Assembly: GCA_051294905.1 (NCBI GenBank)
Contig: CM119373.1
Span: forward strand, 35,340,001 to 35,404,000
Direction of reading: 5' to 3'
DNA length: 64,000 nt
From: Botryllus schlosseri
Lineage: Eukaryota
Positions 49,453 to 62,346 of the stretch are shown here, piece by piece; the first letter of the stretch is position 1, and each line of letters opens with the position of its first letter. Made by a program: the position numbers and the translations under genes. The notes beneath the pieces are model-generated. The model searched no databases, was not told the origin of the DNA, and worked only from the letters and a program-made list of their open reading frames with translations.

Positions 49453-51339
49453 ATGGATATTGTGAGCAGCTTGCCAGATGAAATGTGGTTGAAGATTCTC
49501 GAATACCTTCCACTGCATGACCGTTTTGAATGGGTCAAACTTACAAACAAAAGGTTTTTTCGCCTTGCTGGCGACATATCTGCAGTCCAAGATATCGATT
49601 TTCGCGGCTGTAGTTACGTATCGAGCGATCAGTTTTTGAAAATAATCGATTGTTCAAAAGACAGTGTGAGATATTTATCTTTCCGGGACTGTCCTTGGCT
49701 CTCGAATCAAATCTGCACCACCATGCCGAGATTGAGAAATCTTGTTACACTGGATATATTAGGGTGTTTCTTGAGTAGCGAAACATTGCACAGTCTACTC
49801 CGTGCTACGCACTGCCTAAAAAGGTTGGCTCTATCCACTACGGAACAGGTCATGGGAGATTTTTGTCGGCTACAGCCAAAGTGTGGATTGTCACTTCAAG
49901 TATTGCATGTAGAATTTCTTGAAGATCCCGAAACATTTTACAGATTCGAGTCCAGTATGGCGCTAAAGAATTTTATCGAGAATTGTTGTCATCCAAAACC
50001 ACAATGCGTGTCAGTTGAAACGATCAAGGATTGGACTCTTTTTGATTGTAGGGATATTTTCATAGAGCCAAATCTTGACAATCATCGAGGCTCCAGCCAA
50101 TTAGTGATGAGGAAACATTATACTGAAACGTACGAAAATCATTTACATGTTGCCGTTGCTTTACATCAAGATGGCAGTGCTCTGACGACGGGTTGCTTAG
50201 ATAAAGCCAGGGTACTTTGTTTCCCTAATTGGTTGACGGAACTCGATTTTTATGCGACATGTTGTTGTGATGGACGTCCCCTCCCTAACACTCTATATGA
50301 ACTTGAGTATCTGGCTTGCTCAAGCGACAATGAATTTTATGATCCTGTCCCAGGCCATTCTGCCGAAGACGTTTTACTAAATTGTTGCATTCCTAATCTC
50401 ACCCATCTAGACTTGGGTAGATGGCGGCGGTATTCTGGTGTCACCAAGGGTATATGCAGGAAATTACCATTTTTTACAAACCTTGTTGAGCTGAATGTGT
50501 GGTGGCTGGACTTGGATGCTAACATGCTCCTATTTGCAATTATGGGCATGAAGCATTTGAAGGGTTTGTCGTTTTTGCTACATATTCCTTTACAATGTGA
50601 CCATGATCCAAAGCAGAATCTAGTGAATTTTACGGCAACTGAGACAAGGGACACAGATGCGAGTTGCAGATATTCAATATTTTTGTCAAAATTGGTGAAA
50701 ACTTTCCCAGATTTTGAGAAGTTGGAAATGATGTGTAGCATGGATGCCAGAAAATGCGTTGCTGTCAGTGATTTGGAACCGATTGGGATACTGGCCAAAC
50801 TTCGTTATCTAACTCTACATAGATTTCCCTTGGACGATGTAGATCAGCTTACGAAAATCCTATCCAAGAGCACGAAAATAGGGTCATTGGATCTCGGCCA
50901 CTTCGAGACTAATGATGTCTGTGATTTTTCAAGGTGTTTTGCTTCATCACGCAATCTCGTTTATATACGACTTGCGCATGATGATTTGGAGTCTGTCTCA
51001 AAATTCAAAGATTTGCACGTGAGTAGAAATCTTCAAAGATTTTCTCTATATTCGAAGTCCACCTTGTCAGCAGCGTGGATCGAGTCTTTCTTGAGACCAG
51101 TCGTTGCAGCCTGCAATCTGTTTTGTATGGGACACATCCAATGTGAAAATGTGGATGAAGATTTGAAAAAGATGATTGCAAAGTACCAAAATATTTGTGA
51201 ATCGAAATATCGCAACAACGTGGTATTGTCATGTAGTGATGATCGAAGCAGCCAACATCCAGTCTGTCAAAGCTGGCAGGGAAGGTCGTTTTCATCTGTG
51301 GCCACATACAGCCCATTTGACTTCCTAAAGATGCTTTGA
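49453..51339 (+). CDS. FBXL18: F-box/LRR-repeat protein, FBXL18-like, type B (intact, 628 aa)
   Basis: Uninterrupted ORF; closest paralog is 5074. Confidence 0.85.
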   Translation: MDIVSSLPDEMWLKILEYLPLHDRFEWVKLTNKRFFRLAGDISAVQDIDFRGCSYVSSDQFLKIIDCSKDSVRYLSFRDCPWLSNQICTTMPRLRNLVTLDILGCFLSSETLHSLLRATHCLKRLALSTTEQVMGDFCRLQPKCGLSLQVLHVEFLEDPETFYRFESSMALKNFIENCCHPKPQCVSVETIKDWTLFDCRDIFIEPNLDNHRGSSQLVMRKHYTETYENHLHVAVALHQDGSALTTGCLDKARVLCFPNWLTELDFYATCCCDGRPLPNTLYELEYLACSSDNEFYDPVPGHSAEDVLLNCCIPNLTHLDLGRWRRYSGVTKGICRKLPFFTNLVELNVWWLDLDANMLLFAIMGMKHLKGLSFLLHIPLQCDHDPKQNLVNFTATETRDTDASCRYSIFLSKLVKTFPDFEKLEMMCSMDARKCVAVSDLEPIGILAKLRYLTLHRFPLDDVDQLTKILSKSTKIGSLDLGHFETNDVCDFSRCFASSRNLVYIRLAHDDLESVSKFKDLHVSRNLQRFSLYSKSTLSAAWIESFLRPVVAACNLFCMGHIQCENVDEDLKKMIAKYQNICESKYRNNVVLSCSDDRSSQHPVCQSWQGRSFSSVATYSPFDFLKML

Positions 51340-52549
51340 GTGCAGAACAACCATCCTATTCGTGTTTGAATATGGTTCAACATTATTGAACTGCCATTTT
51401 CTTTGAATTAATACTTTTCGTTACATTTCGTTATTTCTTTCGTTTTATTGATAGTGATTACAAACTATTCTCATATGAGTTAGCTACCCGACATTTCAAT
51501 TGTATGACATGGTTTTAAATAATGGAGGATCCAAATAGAAGGAGTAGTTGCATCCACATTTCCGCTCCTATTCAAACTCCACCTAATATGATCCACTGTG
51601 ATCCATTTGGTAAATTTTTATTTAATTCATGATGGCCTTGTCACTTCCATTTGAGTAATATGTTCATTACCGCATTGGTAGTAAATTAAAATGTATTGTT
51701 GACACTGTACTATGGTATTGATATTTACATCCCGTTCCATACATAAACATTGTTATGTTGATTTATGCTGTTATTTGTAACAGTGGTTTCTGTTTCATAC
51801 TGCATTTTTAACATCTTGCCAGTTTAACATGTATTTGGTATGATTTATCATTATTCCACTTGCCAGTACCTTGCAGTATCATTAAAACCCACATGGCAAA
51901 TCGATGTCCGCAATCTCAAAATATTTTAAAACAGTGTCTTCAAATCGTGGTCCTTCTCAATAATCAAGACGCAAAATAGCAGTTTTTATGCATTCAATTA
52001 CGAAAATGTATCTTCGTACTGATATAAGCTATTTGTCATGTACCATTGTGCAATTTGTAGAAATTACATAGTGACAACGCAAATTTATTTCATGCAGAAA
52101 TGTAATCTTGCGCTTTGGATTGAATTTTACACCAAGTCTCCCCATTTTGCGTCACTCGCACACCAATTTAAAGCATAGATAGTAATTTTAATATACTCTT
52201 ACCTCTATCATAGCATACGCATAACATTGAATGGAGTTAGCTTGAAAAGGGTTGAATATATAGATTGAATCACGTACGTATGCTCATATATTGTGTCACC
52301 CAAACACTAATTTAATGAAAAGATGAACATTCTTACCTGTATCATGGCTTATGAATTACATTGAATTGAGTTAGCTTTAAAAGGGCATTTATCTCCACAA
52401 TATACAAACACACTAGCCATAATCATTGACCTACACTACGAGTTGCATCTTTGTTTATGAATAATGGATTAGCATTGTGATATCTGGTTTTCTTTATTGT
52501 AATTGTTGACATTGTGATATCAGTTGTTATTTTTCCTAAGTATAATTTG

Positions 52550-52663
52550 TTAGTGGAAGTCGGGTACGTATCTGAAGGACAACTTTCTTCTGGCCAAGTC
52601 TGTGGCATTTGCTAATGAAGGACTGTTTCAGCCAGTGCGGAAGTGAGAGTGAAGCAGGTAAGC
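52550..52663 (+). other. Putative 5' exon and donor (GT at 52658); intron to 58483 contains the LTR element
   Basis: gaagcag|GTAAGC. Confidence 0.6.
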
Positions 52664-53036
52664 TATAAAAATCACGAACCCTGATAGGCCTATGGTCCTG
52701 TAGTCTGCAGACCTGCTGGTACTGTAAAGTTAGCTTTCTTATCGCCAATGCCCGTGTTTGACCTACCTACTTCCTATGTAGGCCTATATGTAGTGACACA
52801 GGAAACAATGGTCAACAGGCTTCTGTATCTTCATTTGGTAAATTTGTACGAGTTCTTGCCTAATCTTTGAGGTATTAAATCATTGCATCTTCTCAAAGCT
52901 GAGGTCGTAGCTAATGATATTTCTGTAAGGGTATGTTAATTATTTGGCTGCTAACGGCTATTAATATTATTTTTACCTCCATTGTAATATTCCAGATTCA
53001 TAACCTAGATTACGGTGCCAATTTTCACCTTGAGCA

Positions 53037-53468
53037 AAGGCTGGGCACAAGGATTTGAATACTCGAATCTGAATCAAGTAATAATACGGATGCAATCTAG
53101 TCAGGTCGCATGATTTTATTTCGAGTACTGAAATTCCACTATCCCTGCTATAATCTGTTACTTTTGCAATGAATGTAATGGTGATAGTAATTTCTAATGC
53201 AGAATGTTTGAAATCTCAATTATTTGTGTCACAGCAGCATACCAAACGTTTAACATGTATTAATAAAGGTATAAATTGCCTTCATGTGGTGTCTAATTAG
53301 TATTACGGTACTGAACCATGTATACTTTACGGTAGCATGAGAGGTTCAAATTTAAACTTTCCACATATCTCGTACTGCTGTAACGTCACAATGAGTGAAG
53401 CTAGATTACTTGACTCGACTCAAACCCTAGTACTCGATTCACTCAAGTATTCGATTCTGGCTAGCCTT
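53037..53468 (+). mobile_element. Ancient intronic hAT-type MITE (unit-resident copy)
   Basis: Homologous to 8532-8963. Confidence 0.7.
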
Positions 53469-53605
53469 TTTACGAAATCAAGATGATTGTAAAAATGTAT
53501 TAGTCCAAACACACTTAGTTGTATAAATTGGGTTTTTGAATGGCTATGCTCATGAATTTGTACATGTTGATTTGGAGCATAGCTTCGGAGTTCATGTTTG
53601 GACAG

Positions 53606-53801
53606 TGTTGTGGAATTACTTTGCGTTTGTCGATAATGACTCGTGCTCGTTGATTGTCTTCCTGTGTTCCTACCGTCGTTAGTATTTCGTGTGTCGTAGT
53701 TCTGTTAAGGTTTGGTCGTGAATAAACGTGGTTTTGAATTGTGCTGCATCGGTTTAGCCTTCTTCGGTATGATCAAGAAATATTTTAAGAGGAACACAAC
53801 A
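53606..53801 (+). repeat. 5' LTR
   Basis: TG...CA ends, 7-bp terminal inverted repeat, AATAAA at 53721. Confidence 0.95.
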
Positions 53802-53810
53802 GAACGTTTC

Positions 53811-53828
53811 TGGCGACGAGGATGGGAT
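53811..53828 (+). other. Primer binding site, complementary to tRNA-Ser(GCU) 3' end
   Basis: TGGCGACGAGGATGGGAT is the reverse complement of ...ATCCCATCCTCGTCG-CCA, the recalled 3' end of animal tRNA-Ser(GCU). Confidence 0.8.
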
Positions 53829-53944
53829 CCTGTGATATATATAGGATCTGAGCTATTTCAACATCTCCGAGAAGAGGTTGCAGTACGACTAAGTTTTATT
53901 CGTGAGACCTACATATCTTCGAGTGCGTGACTACCACACCCAAC

Positions 53945-56900
53945 ATGTCTGAAGAAGTTGTTAAGGTTCTTAAGCAACAATTAGAACAGCAGCGGGAATA
54001 ATTAGAACAGCAGCGTAAAGAGTTGGACGAACAGAAGGCACATAACGAACAGCAGATGAAAGCATGGATGGAGACACTGCGTCAAATATCTTCTCAGGCG
54101 GTCTCCACTGCGTCGGTCAGCAATGTGTCAGTTCAGCCATTTGCGCCATTTGACTCAACAACAGAACTCTGGACTGACTATTGGGAACGCTTCTGTACAT
54201 TCGTGAGCGCACACTCTGTGCCGAATGATGAAGTGGCCCATGTATTCTTAACGAATCAACGCGCAGTGGTCTACAAGATGTTGCAGAACATAGCTGCGCA
54301 GCAGGCCGATCCTAAGAAGATCAATGATCTTTCCATGGAAGAAATTAACTCTTTTTTGAAAGACCACTATGATCCGAAGCAATTTGTGGTTAGAGAACGC
54401 TACAAATTTTGGAGTGATATGAAGCGCAAACCTGGTGAAACCATACCAGAATTAGCTGCTCGTATCAGGCAAGACGCGATCACATGTGACTTTTCTTCAA
54501 TTAAAAATCCGTTGGACGAAGCGATGTCCACGCGATTTATGTGTTCGGTGGGAAATGAAGCTGTTCTATAGGCTGTATTTAAACTGAAAAGCGATTCTTT
54601 GAACTTCGAGACTGTTGTCAAAACAGCAACTGATACGGAAGATGCCGCCAAAGTAGCAAAAGAAACCGTTTATGGTTCAAAATCCGAAGACCCGCTTCAA
54701 ACTAACGTGGTAAAGTCTTCTTATACAAAGAAAAGTAAAGGAGACGCCCAGAACTCCAAGAGTCGGGTTGCTGGATATGAAGGGGAAGGAAGAAACCTCT
54801 CTGAAAAGGCGCGTTTCCGATGTGACAAGTGCGGACACTCTCCTGATGAATGCAAATATGTAGATGCTGTCTGTCATTACTGCGACAAAAGAGGTCACAT
54901 TCAACCAGCATGTCGTATCAAAAAGAAAGATAGGTTGACGGAGAAAGGCGTTCGTAAGAACCGTCGCGTTAGAAGTGTTAAACACACACGGTCGTATCCA
55001 GAAATCGAAATCGACGTGCATATCAATAAAGACATCCAATCATTTGAGTTGGATACTGGCGCGAGAGAAAATTTCGTGTCCAAAGACAGATGGATCGCTC
55101 TGGGAAGACCTGCTATGGTGAATGCTGAGTAACTGAGTTCGAATCTGCATCCTTGCATAAACTGAACACTCTAGGTACATTCACACCTAAGAATGTTTCA
55201 CTGACAGATGTGAACGATCGGTCAGAAATATCCGATTTCTCATTTATAGTTACCGATATACCGAATTTGAACTTGATAGGCCGTAGTGGAATATTGAAGT
55301 TGGGAATTTCAATCGATGCTCTGCTATACGGTAACAGTGTTGTAAAATCGCTTTCCAATGTTGATTTTTCGGAATTGGCCAAACGCTGTGAGGATATCAG
55401 TAACGAATTCCCAGAACTTTTCAAATCTGAATTGGGTTGTTTAAAGGATGTTAAGTTAGACATTCAATTTAAAAATGATGCGAAACCTATTTTCTGTAAA
55501 TATCGCCCAGTACCGTTGCTATCCGTGATGAGTTATCCCAAGCGTATGATGTAGGGATAGCCAAATGTGTGCGGCAACCGGTCGATTTTAATGATTATGG
55601 TACGCCTGTTGTTCCAATTCGTAAACGATCGCTTCCTGGTAGTAAATCGGGAAAGATTCGTGTGTGCGGCGATTATTCTGTTACAGTTGATTCGCAACTT
55701 GAAACGCATAGACAACCGATTCCACTCGCGGAAGAGCTCATGCAGAAATTGGGCGGGGGTTATGGTTTTACGAAGATTGACTTGGCTGATGCCTATAACC
55801 AAGTTCAATTGACTGAAGAGAGTCAAAAGAGACTTGCTCTCAGCACGCATCGTGGTGTCTTGCTGCAAATGAGATTACCGTTTGGAATTTCTTCAGCACC
55901 AGGTTATTTCACTGAATTCATGAATCAGCTGACTGCCGACTTGAAAGGTGTAGCTGTTTACCTGGATGACATTTTGGTCACATTAATAATCTCCGTGCGT
56001 TATTGAAGAGACTTCAAGATAAAGGTCTCCGATGCCGAAGAGAAAAGTGCACATTCGCACAACCGTCAGTCGAATACCTAGGTCACAAATTATCAAGTGC
56101 CGGTATTTCCAAAGGTTCGAAAGTGGAGGCAGTGTTGAAAATGCCTGCTCCATCTAACGTTTCTGGTCTCAAATCATTTCTGGGCCAAGTACAATTCTAC
56201 AGTAAATTTTTACCCAATCTGTCCGCGGTGACGGAACCGTTACACCGTCTTACAAGAAAGGGAATCCCGTGGTTTTGGGGTAAAGATGAGCAAGATTCAT
56301 TCGAAGAATTGAAGAAAATGCTATGTGCAGATTTGCTCCTAGTTCACTTTGATCCAACAAAGAAGTTAGGATTATCATGTGACGCTTCGGAAGTAGGAAT
56401 TGGTTGCTTACTTTTTCACCGTTCTGAAGATGGTTCTGAGAAGCCGATTTCCTACATGTCGAAAACGTTGACGGAAACTCAACGAAAGTATAGTCAGATT
56501 CACAAAGATGCTTTGGCTATCATTTTTGCTCTCCAGAAGTATCATCAATACTTATATGGAAGAAAGTTTATATTGGTTACTGACCATAAACCTCTACTGG
56601 CATTGTTTGGACCAAGCAAAGCGATACCGGCCCTCGCAGCAAATCGTCTGGCAAGATGGGGACTGACTTTGAACCAATACGATTATGATATTGAATATCG
56701 TAATACAAAGCAACACGGTAATGCTGATGCATTGAGTCGACTTCCGTTCAGTCATGACTCCGTATTTGACAAAGGGGAGGAAGAGGAAAATATGAACATT
56801 GTTAGCACAGTACGTACTGTGAGCCAACAGATTAATCCTTCTGATCCTGGTATATTGGCAAAAGAATCCAGCAAAGATCCTGTCATTTCTGCTGTGATGA

Positions 56901-58156
56901 GATACACCAGAGTGGGCTGGCCAGAAAATGTTGCCAGCACCAAAGATCAAGGATATTCGTTAGAAGATTTCTGTAAGATATCCACATGTTTATCTGTTGA
57001 AAACGGATGTTTGTTTTCAGGAGCGAGAATCGTAATTCCCTCGAGTCTGCAAAGAAAGGTGTTGGATATTCTTCATTTGGGACATTTTGGAATGCAACGT
57101 ATGAAGCAACTTGCTCGTAGTGCTGTGTATTGGCCGCGAATGGACAATGATATTGTGGACATGTGTCACAGATGTGTCTCATGCTGTGAAAATCAGAACG
57201 CTCCTAAGAAGGCGAGTATCCATCCTTGGATGTTACCTGAGAAGCCGTGGATGAGAGTTCATGTCGACCATGCAATCGAATTCATGGGAACCAATTGGCT
57301 CGTATTGACGGACTCGTATTCTAAATATCCTTGCATCCACCCGACCAATTCCGTTTCAAGCAAGGAAACTATCGGATTACTAGAACAGGACTTTGCACAT
57401 TTTGGATATCCGTTTACCATTGTGTCTGACGATGCAAGTACGTTCAAGTCTGAAGAGTTTCAGAAATGGTGTAAAAAAAGAGGAATTATCCACCTTTCGG
57501 GTGCACCGTATCACCCATCTACGAATGGCGCCGCAGAAAAGCTGGTTGACTCATTCAAACGCGCACTACGCAAATCAAGTTTGCCGGCCAAGGCCGCATT
57601 ACAGGAATTCCTCATGTTGTACAGGAGAACGCCGCTTGCAAGTGGGTTATCTCCGAGTCAGCTTCTCAATAGCAGACAAATTCGTACGATGATTGACACG
57701 CTACTGCCATCTCCAGCTCATGCAGCTCAAGGCAAGCAAGTGAGAGAAGTTGAGAAGCAAGTAAAGGCTTCAGTCAATCGATTCACGGTTGGCACACCTT
57801 GTTATGCTCTGTATTATGGGCCGAAGAAGAATAAAAAGCCCAAATGGGTACCTGCGACAGTTACCAAGGTATTTGGTTCTCGCAGTGTCAATGTTATGGT
57901 TCATCCGCGTGGTCCTACGTGGAGAAGACACATTGATCAACTTCGACCAAGGTATGGAATTGAAGAAGACAGCGAGCCTGGCATCACACCTGATGTACCT
58001 GCTTTTAATTATCAAAGGGTAGTAAGCCCTCCGAGAAACAATATCGTGGCAATGCGTCATGCCTCTCCGGAAGTCCATGAATTACCGGAATATGGACCTC
58101 ATAACCCGAGACGTTCCAAACGAACTCGTAAACCGAGAGTTATTCTTGATTTGTAA
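53945..58156 (+). pseudogene. gag-pol polyprotein, disrupted
   Basis: Coiled-coil gag, two Cys/His knuckles (second CHYCDKRGHIQPAC), protease LDTGA, RT YLDD, RNase H CDAS, integrase HHCC and D..D..E. Stops at 53999 and 54569; frameshifts at about 55128 and 55517; deletion at about 55980. Confidence 0.92.
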
Positions 58157-58169
58157 TAACTCTCATGTT

Positions 58170-58179
58170 AGAAGGGAGG
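58170..58179 (+). other. Polypurine tract
   Basis: AGAAGGGAGG immediately before the 3' LTR. Confidence 0.85.
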
Positions 58180-58375
58180 TGTTGTGGAATTACTTTGCGT
58201 TTGTCGATAATGACTCGTGCTCGTTGATTGTCTTCCTGTGTTCCTACCGTCGTTAGTATTTGGTGTGTCGTAGTTCTGTTAAGGTTCGGTCGTGAATAAA
58301 CGTGGTTGTGAATTGTGCTGCATCGGTTTAGCCTTCTTCGGTATGATCAAGAAATAGTTTAAGAGGAACACAACA
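58180..58375 (+). repeat. 3' LTR
   Basis: 196 bp, about 98% identical to the 5' LTR; AATAAA at 58295. Confidence 0.95.
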
Positions 58376-58527
58376 GAGAGCACACCGTCGAACTAGCCTT
58401 CTCTAAAATCTTACCTTGTTTTCCTAATTTAAACAAGCGGTGCTCGATGTATCATTTCAATTGTATCACCCTTCTATTTTCAGATGATAGTGTCGAGTTG
58501 AAGTTTTCCGTTTGAGAAGATTCAATA

Positions 58528-60282
58528 ATGGATATTGTGAGCAGCTTGCCATATGAAATGTGGTTGAAGATTCTCGAATACCTTCCACTGCATGACCGTT
58601 TTGAATGGGTCAAATTTACAAACAAAAGGTTTTTTCACCTTGCGGGAGACATATCAGCAGTCCAAGATCTCGATTTTCACGGATGTAGTTATGTATCGAA
58701 CGATCAGTTTTTGAAAATAATCAATCGTTCGAAGGACAGTGTGAGATTTTTGTCCTTCCGGGACTGCGCTTGGCTCTCGAATCAAATCTGCACCACCATG
58801 CCGAGATTGAAAAATCTTGTTACACTGGACATATTGGGGTGTTTCTTGAATAGCGAAACATTACACAGTCTACTTGGTGCCACATGCTCCATGAAAAGAT
58901 TGGCTCTATCCACTACGGAACTGGTCATGACGGATTTTTGTCGGCTGCAGTCAAAATGCGGATTGTCACTTCTAGTCTTGCATGTGGAATTGCTTCACGA
59001 TCCAGGAAAACTCTGTAGTATCCAAACCAGAACGGCGTTGAGGGATTTTATCAGGACATGCTGTCATTCTAATCCACACCGCGTTTCATTTCAAACGCAC
59101 AAGCAGTTTGATCTACAAGAGTTGAAAGATATGTCCTGGGAGGGGAATCTCAAGATATGCAAAGTGTTCACACAAAGCGTGGTGAGGGATGCTTATGATC
59201 AACAATACCAAACTGACACACTAGTTGCTCTTCCTTTAAATCAAGATGGCTCTCCTCCTTACTTGCGGGACGAACATTATGATGAGCTAGCTTTACCTGA
59301 GGCAGTTTTTCTGAATCACAGCATTCGGAAAGTGACACATCTAGACTTAAGCAACAGTCGCGCTCTTTTAATTTATGAATTCAAGGGTTTATATAAGAAA
59401 TTACCATCTTTCACAAACCTTGTTGAGCTGAACGTGTGTGGACTGGACTTGGATGCCAACATGCTCCTGTTATCGATTATGGACTTGAAACATTTAATCG
59501 GTTTGTCTTTTTCCCTCCATCTTCCTTTACAATGTAAGCAGGATCCAAATCAAAATGTATTGAATATTACGACAACTGAGACAAGAGACTCAGATGCAAG
59601 TTACAGTTATTCGGTATTTTTGTGGAAATTGGTGAAATGTTTCCCAAATTTGGAAAAGCTGGAAATGAGGTATTGCGTGAATGCCCGAAAATACTCTACT
59701 GTTAGCGATTTGGAAGCGATTGGCATGTTGAACAAACTTCGTTATCTCTCCCTACATAGATTTCCTTTGAACGATGTAGATCAGCTTGCAGACATCTTCT
59801 CCAAATGCACGAATATAGCATCATTGGATCTCGGTCACTTTGAGACTGATGTTGCCTGTGAATTTTCAAAGTGTTTTGCTTCGTTGCGCAATCTCGTTTA
59901 TCTACGACTTGCCCATGATGATTTGGAGTCAGTATCAAAATTCAAAAATTTGCATGTGGGCAGAAATCTTCAAAGATTCACTTTGTATTCAAAGTCCACT
60001 TTGTCAGCGGCGTGGATCGAGACATTTCTTGGACCGGTTGTTGCAACCTGCAATCTGTTCTGTATGTGCCATATCGAATGTAAGAATGTGGATGCAGATG
60101 TTAGAATGCTGATTGCAAAATACCGGAACATTTGTGATTCGAAATACCGTAGCAAGGTGATATTGTCATGCAGTGATAATAGTATTAGCCAACATCCAGT
60201 GTGCCAAAGTTGGCATGGCCGCTCGTTATCGCATGTTGCCCTATACAGCCCTTTTGACATTGTAAAAAATGGCATGCTGTAG
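58528..60282 (+). CDS. FBXL18: F-box/LRR-repeat protein, FBXL18-like, type D short form (intact, 584 aa)
   Basis: Uninterrupted ORF; altered last residues GML*. Confidence 0.85.
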   Translation: MDIVSSLPYEMWLKILEYLPLHDRFEWVKFTNKRFFHLAGDISAVQDLDFHGCSYVSNDQFLKIINRSKDSVRFLSFRDCAWLSNQICTTMPRLKNLVTLDILGCFLNSETLHSLLGATCSMKRLALSTTELVMTDFCRLQSKCGLSLLVLHVELLHDPGKLCSIQTRTALRDFIRTCCHSNPHRVSFQTHKQFDLQELKDMSWEGNLKICKVFTQSVVRDAYDQQYQTDTLVALPLNQDGSPPYLRDEHYDELALPEAVFLNHSIRKVTHLDLSNSRALLIYEFKGLYKKLPSFTNLVELNVCGLDLDANMLLLSIMDLKHLIGLSFSLHLPLQCKQDPNQNVLNITTTETRDSDASYSYSVFLWKLVKCFPNLEKLEMRYCVNARKYSTVSDLEAIGMLNKLRYLSLHRFPLNDVDQLADIFSKCTNIASLDLGHFETDVACEFSKCFASLRNLVYLRLAHDDLESVSKFKNLHVGRNLQRFTLYSKSTLSAAWIETFLGPVVATCNLFCMCHIECKNVDADVRMLIAKYRNICDSKYRSKVILSCSDNSISQHPVCQSWHGRSLSHVALYSPFDIVKNGML

Positions 60283-60374
60283 CCAGCCGACAAATATGAA
60301 TGGAAGTGGAAATGAATGGGTGGGAGTGGGCAATTTTTTTGAGTTTACTGATATAGCATCAATTGGTTTTTCCC

Positions 60375-60430
60375 CGTGCTGGAGACATATCTGCAGTCCA
60401 AATCTTGATTGTCGCGGATGTGGTTATGTA
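60375..60430 (+). pseudogene. Tiny N-terminal CDS relic
   Basis: gctggagacatatctgcagtccaa...ggttatgtatc, as at 40097. Confidence 0.6.
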
Positions 60431-61904
60431 TCATCATGTTGTTTGCATTAATGCTTTTCGTTACATTTCATTATTTCTTTCGTTTCATCGATAGTGCTTA
60501 GAACTATTCTAATATGGGCTAGCTACCGGGCATGTCAATTGTATGCGATGGTGTACGATTTGAAAAGGATCCAAATATGATGAGTACAGTAGTTTCATCC
60601 AAATTTTTACACCGATCCGAAAATCCACCGAATATGATCCGCTGTGATCCATTTGTTAAATTTTCATCTAATTCATGGTTGCCTTGTCACTTCCATGTCT
60701 GTAATATGTTTATTACTGCATTGGCAGTAAATGAATCGGTGATGATGTTTACACTGTGCGATTGTATTGATTTCCACATTCAGTTCCATACATGTGGATG
60801 GGTATGTTGATTTTTGCTGTTATTTGCAACTGTGGTTTCTGTTTCCTTCCGCATATTCAACATCTTGCCAGTTTCATATGTGTTTGGTATGATTTATCAT
60901 TATTCCACTTTGACAGATCCTTGCAGTATCGTCGAAGCTCCTATAACTAATCGATATTCGCAATCTCAAAATATTTGAAAACAGTTTCTTCAAATCGTGA
61001 TCCTTTTGAATGTTCAAGACCAAAATAGCAGTTTTTATGTATTGCATGGGCTGATTATTCACGGTATTAACTCTCATTCAATGCAATGTGGAAAAATTTG
61101 GCATCGTAAGCTCGCAAAAAGTTCAAAAATTGTCATCTTCTGTCTCCCAGCCTAATTGCTGTGCAAGTTACTTACGATAATTTAGCACCATATTGCCTTG
61201 GTGTAATTTTGTGACTTCATCATGCCAAATGCGAAGCACAGCATTATCTTGACATCGATTCCTGCAAATTACTGTCTTCTATCCTATCTGAACTATCTGG
61301 AACCAGAGTGATCATGTTTAAATTTGTGCAATGGTGGACCCTGTTATCATTCATTTCCTTAGTCGGTCAAGCTATCTCAGTACAATATCCGTTTCCTGAA
61401 GTCATTTGTGTGTACCATGGTCGTGAGACTTTTCTAAATGAGAGTTATATCCAATGTCCATAGTTTCAATTAAGAAAATGTATCTCTGTACTGGTATAAG
61501 TTAATTTGTCATGGAGCATTGTGCAATTTGTAGAGATCTCATCTTGAAAACGCATCTGACTGAGTCATGGAAATTTATTCTCTCCTCAAATGTAATACCG
61601 CGCTATAGATTAAATCATGCACGAATTCTCCAATATTATGTCATTCGAACACCAATTTAATGCACAGACAGTTGTTGTAAAATTATCTTACCTGTACCAT
61701 GGCATATGCATTACATTGAATTGAGTTATCTTGAAAAGGGCATATATGTCCAGAATATAATACAAGGTAGCCATAATTAATTGCCTACACTAAGAGTGGT
61801 TTCTTTATTCATGAATCTTGGATTAGCATTGTAATATCTGGTTTTCTTTAATCTTGATTGTTGACATTGTGATATTAGTTGTTATTTTTCTTTAGTGTAA
61901 TTTG

Positions 61905-62018
61905 TTAGTTGAAGTTGGGTACGTATCTGAAGGACAACTTTCTTCTTGCCAAGTGTGTGCCATTTGCTAATCAAGGACTGCTTCAACCTGTGCCAAAGTG
62001 ACAGTGAAGCAGGTAAGC
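61905..62018 (+). other. Putative 5' exon and donor (GT at 62013); intron to 63013
   Basis: gaagcag|GTAAGC; acceptor cttctattttcag. Confidence 0.62.
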
Positions 62019-62346
62019 TCTAATAATCATGAACTCTGATAGGCCTATGGTTCTGTAGGCTGCAGAGCTGCCGGTGCTGTAAAGTTAGCTTTCTAATCCT
62101 AGCCCACTAGTCGACAATGCCCGTGTTAGACCTTCCTACTCCATACATAGGCCCAGTTCTTGTGTAATCTTTATGAGCTATTTAGTCATTGCATATCCTC
62201 AAAGCTGGGGTCGTAGGTGATATTTCTGTAAGGGTATGTTGATTATTTGGCTACTAACGGCTATTGATGTTATTTTTACCTCCATTGTAATATCCCAGAT
62301 TCATAACCTAGATTACGGTACCAATGATCACCTTGAGCAAAGGCGC

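Larger units (their letters stand above)
53606..58375 (+). mobile_element. Full-length Ty3/Gypsy LTR retrotransposon (Mag-like), coding-defective
   Basis: 196-bp LTRs TGTTGTG...CACAACA with 4 mismatches; 5-bp TSD gacag/gagag; PBS, PPT; domain order gag-PR-RT-RH-IN. Confidence 0.95.

Noticed and set aside
55120-55155. Programmed gag-pol frameshift
   Set aside because: The shift falls inside the protease domain after DTGA, there is no slippery heptamer, and the element has several other lesions.
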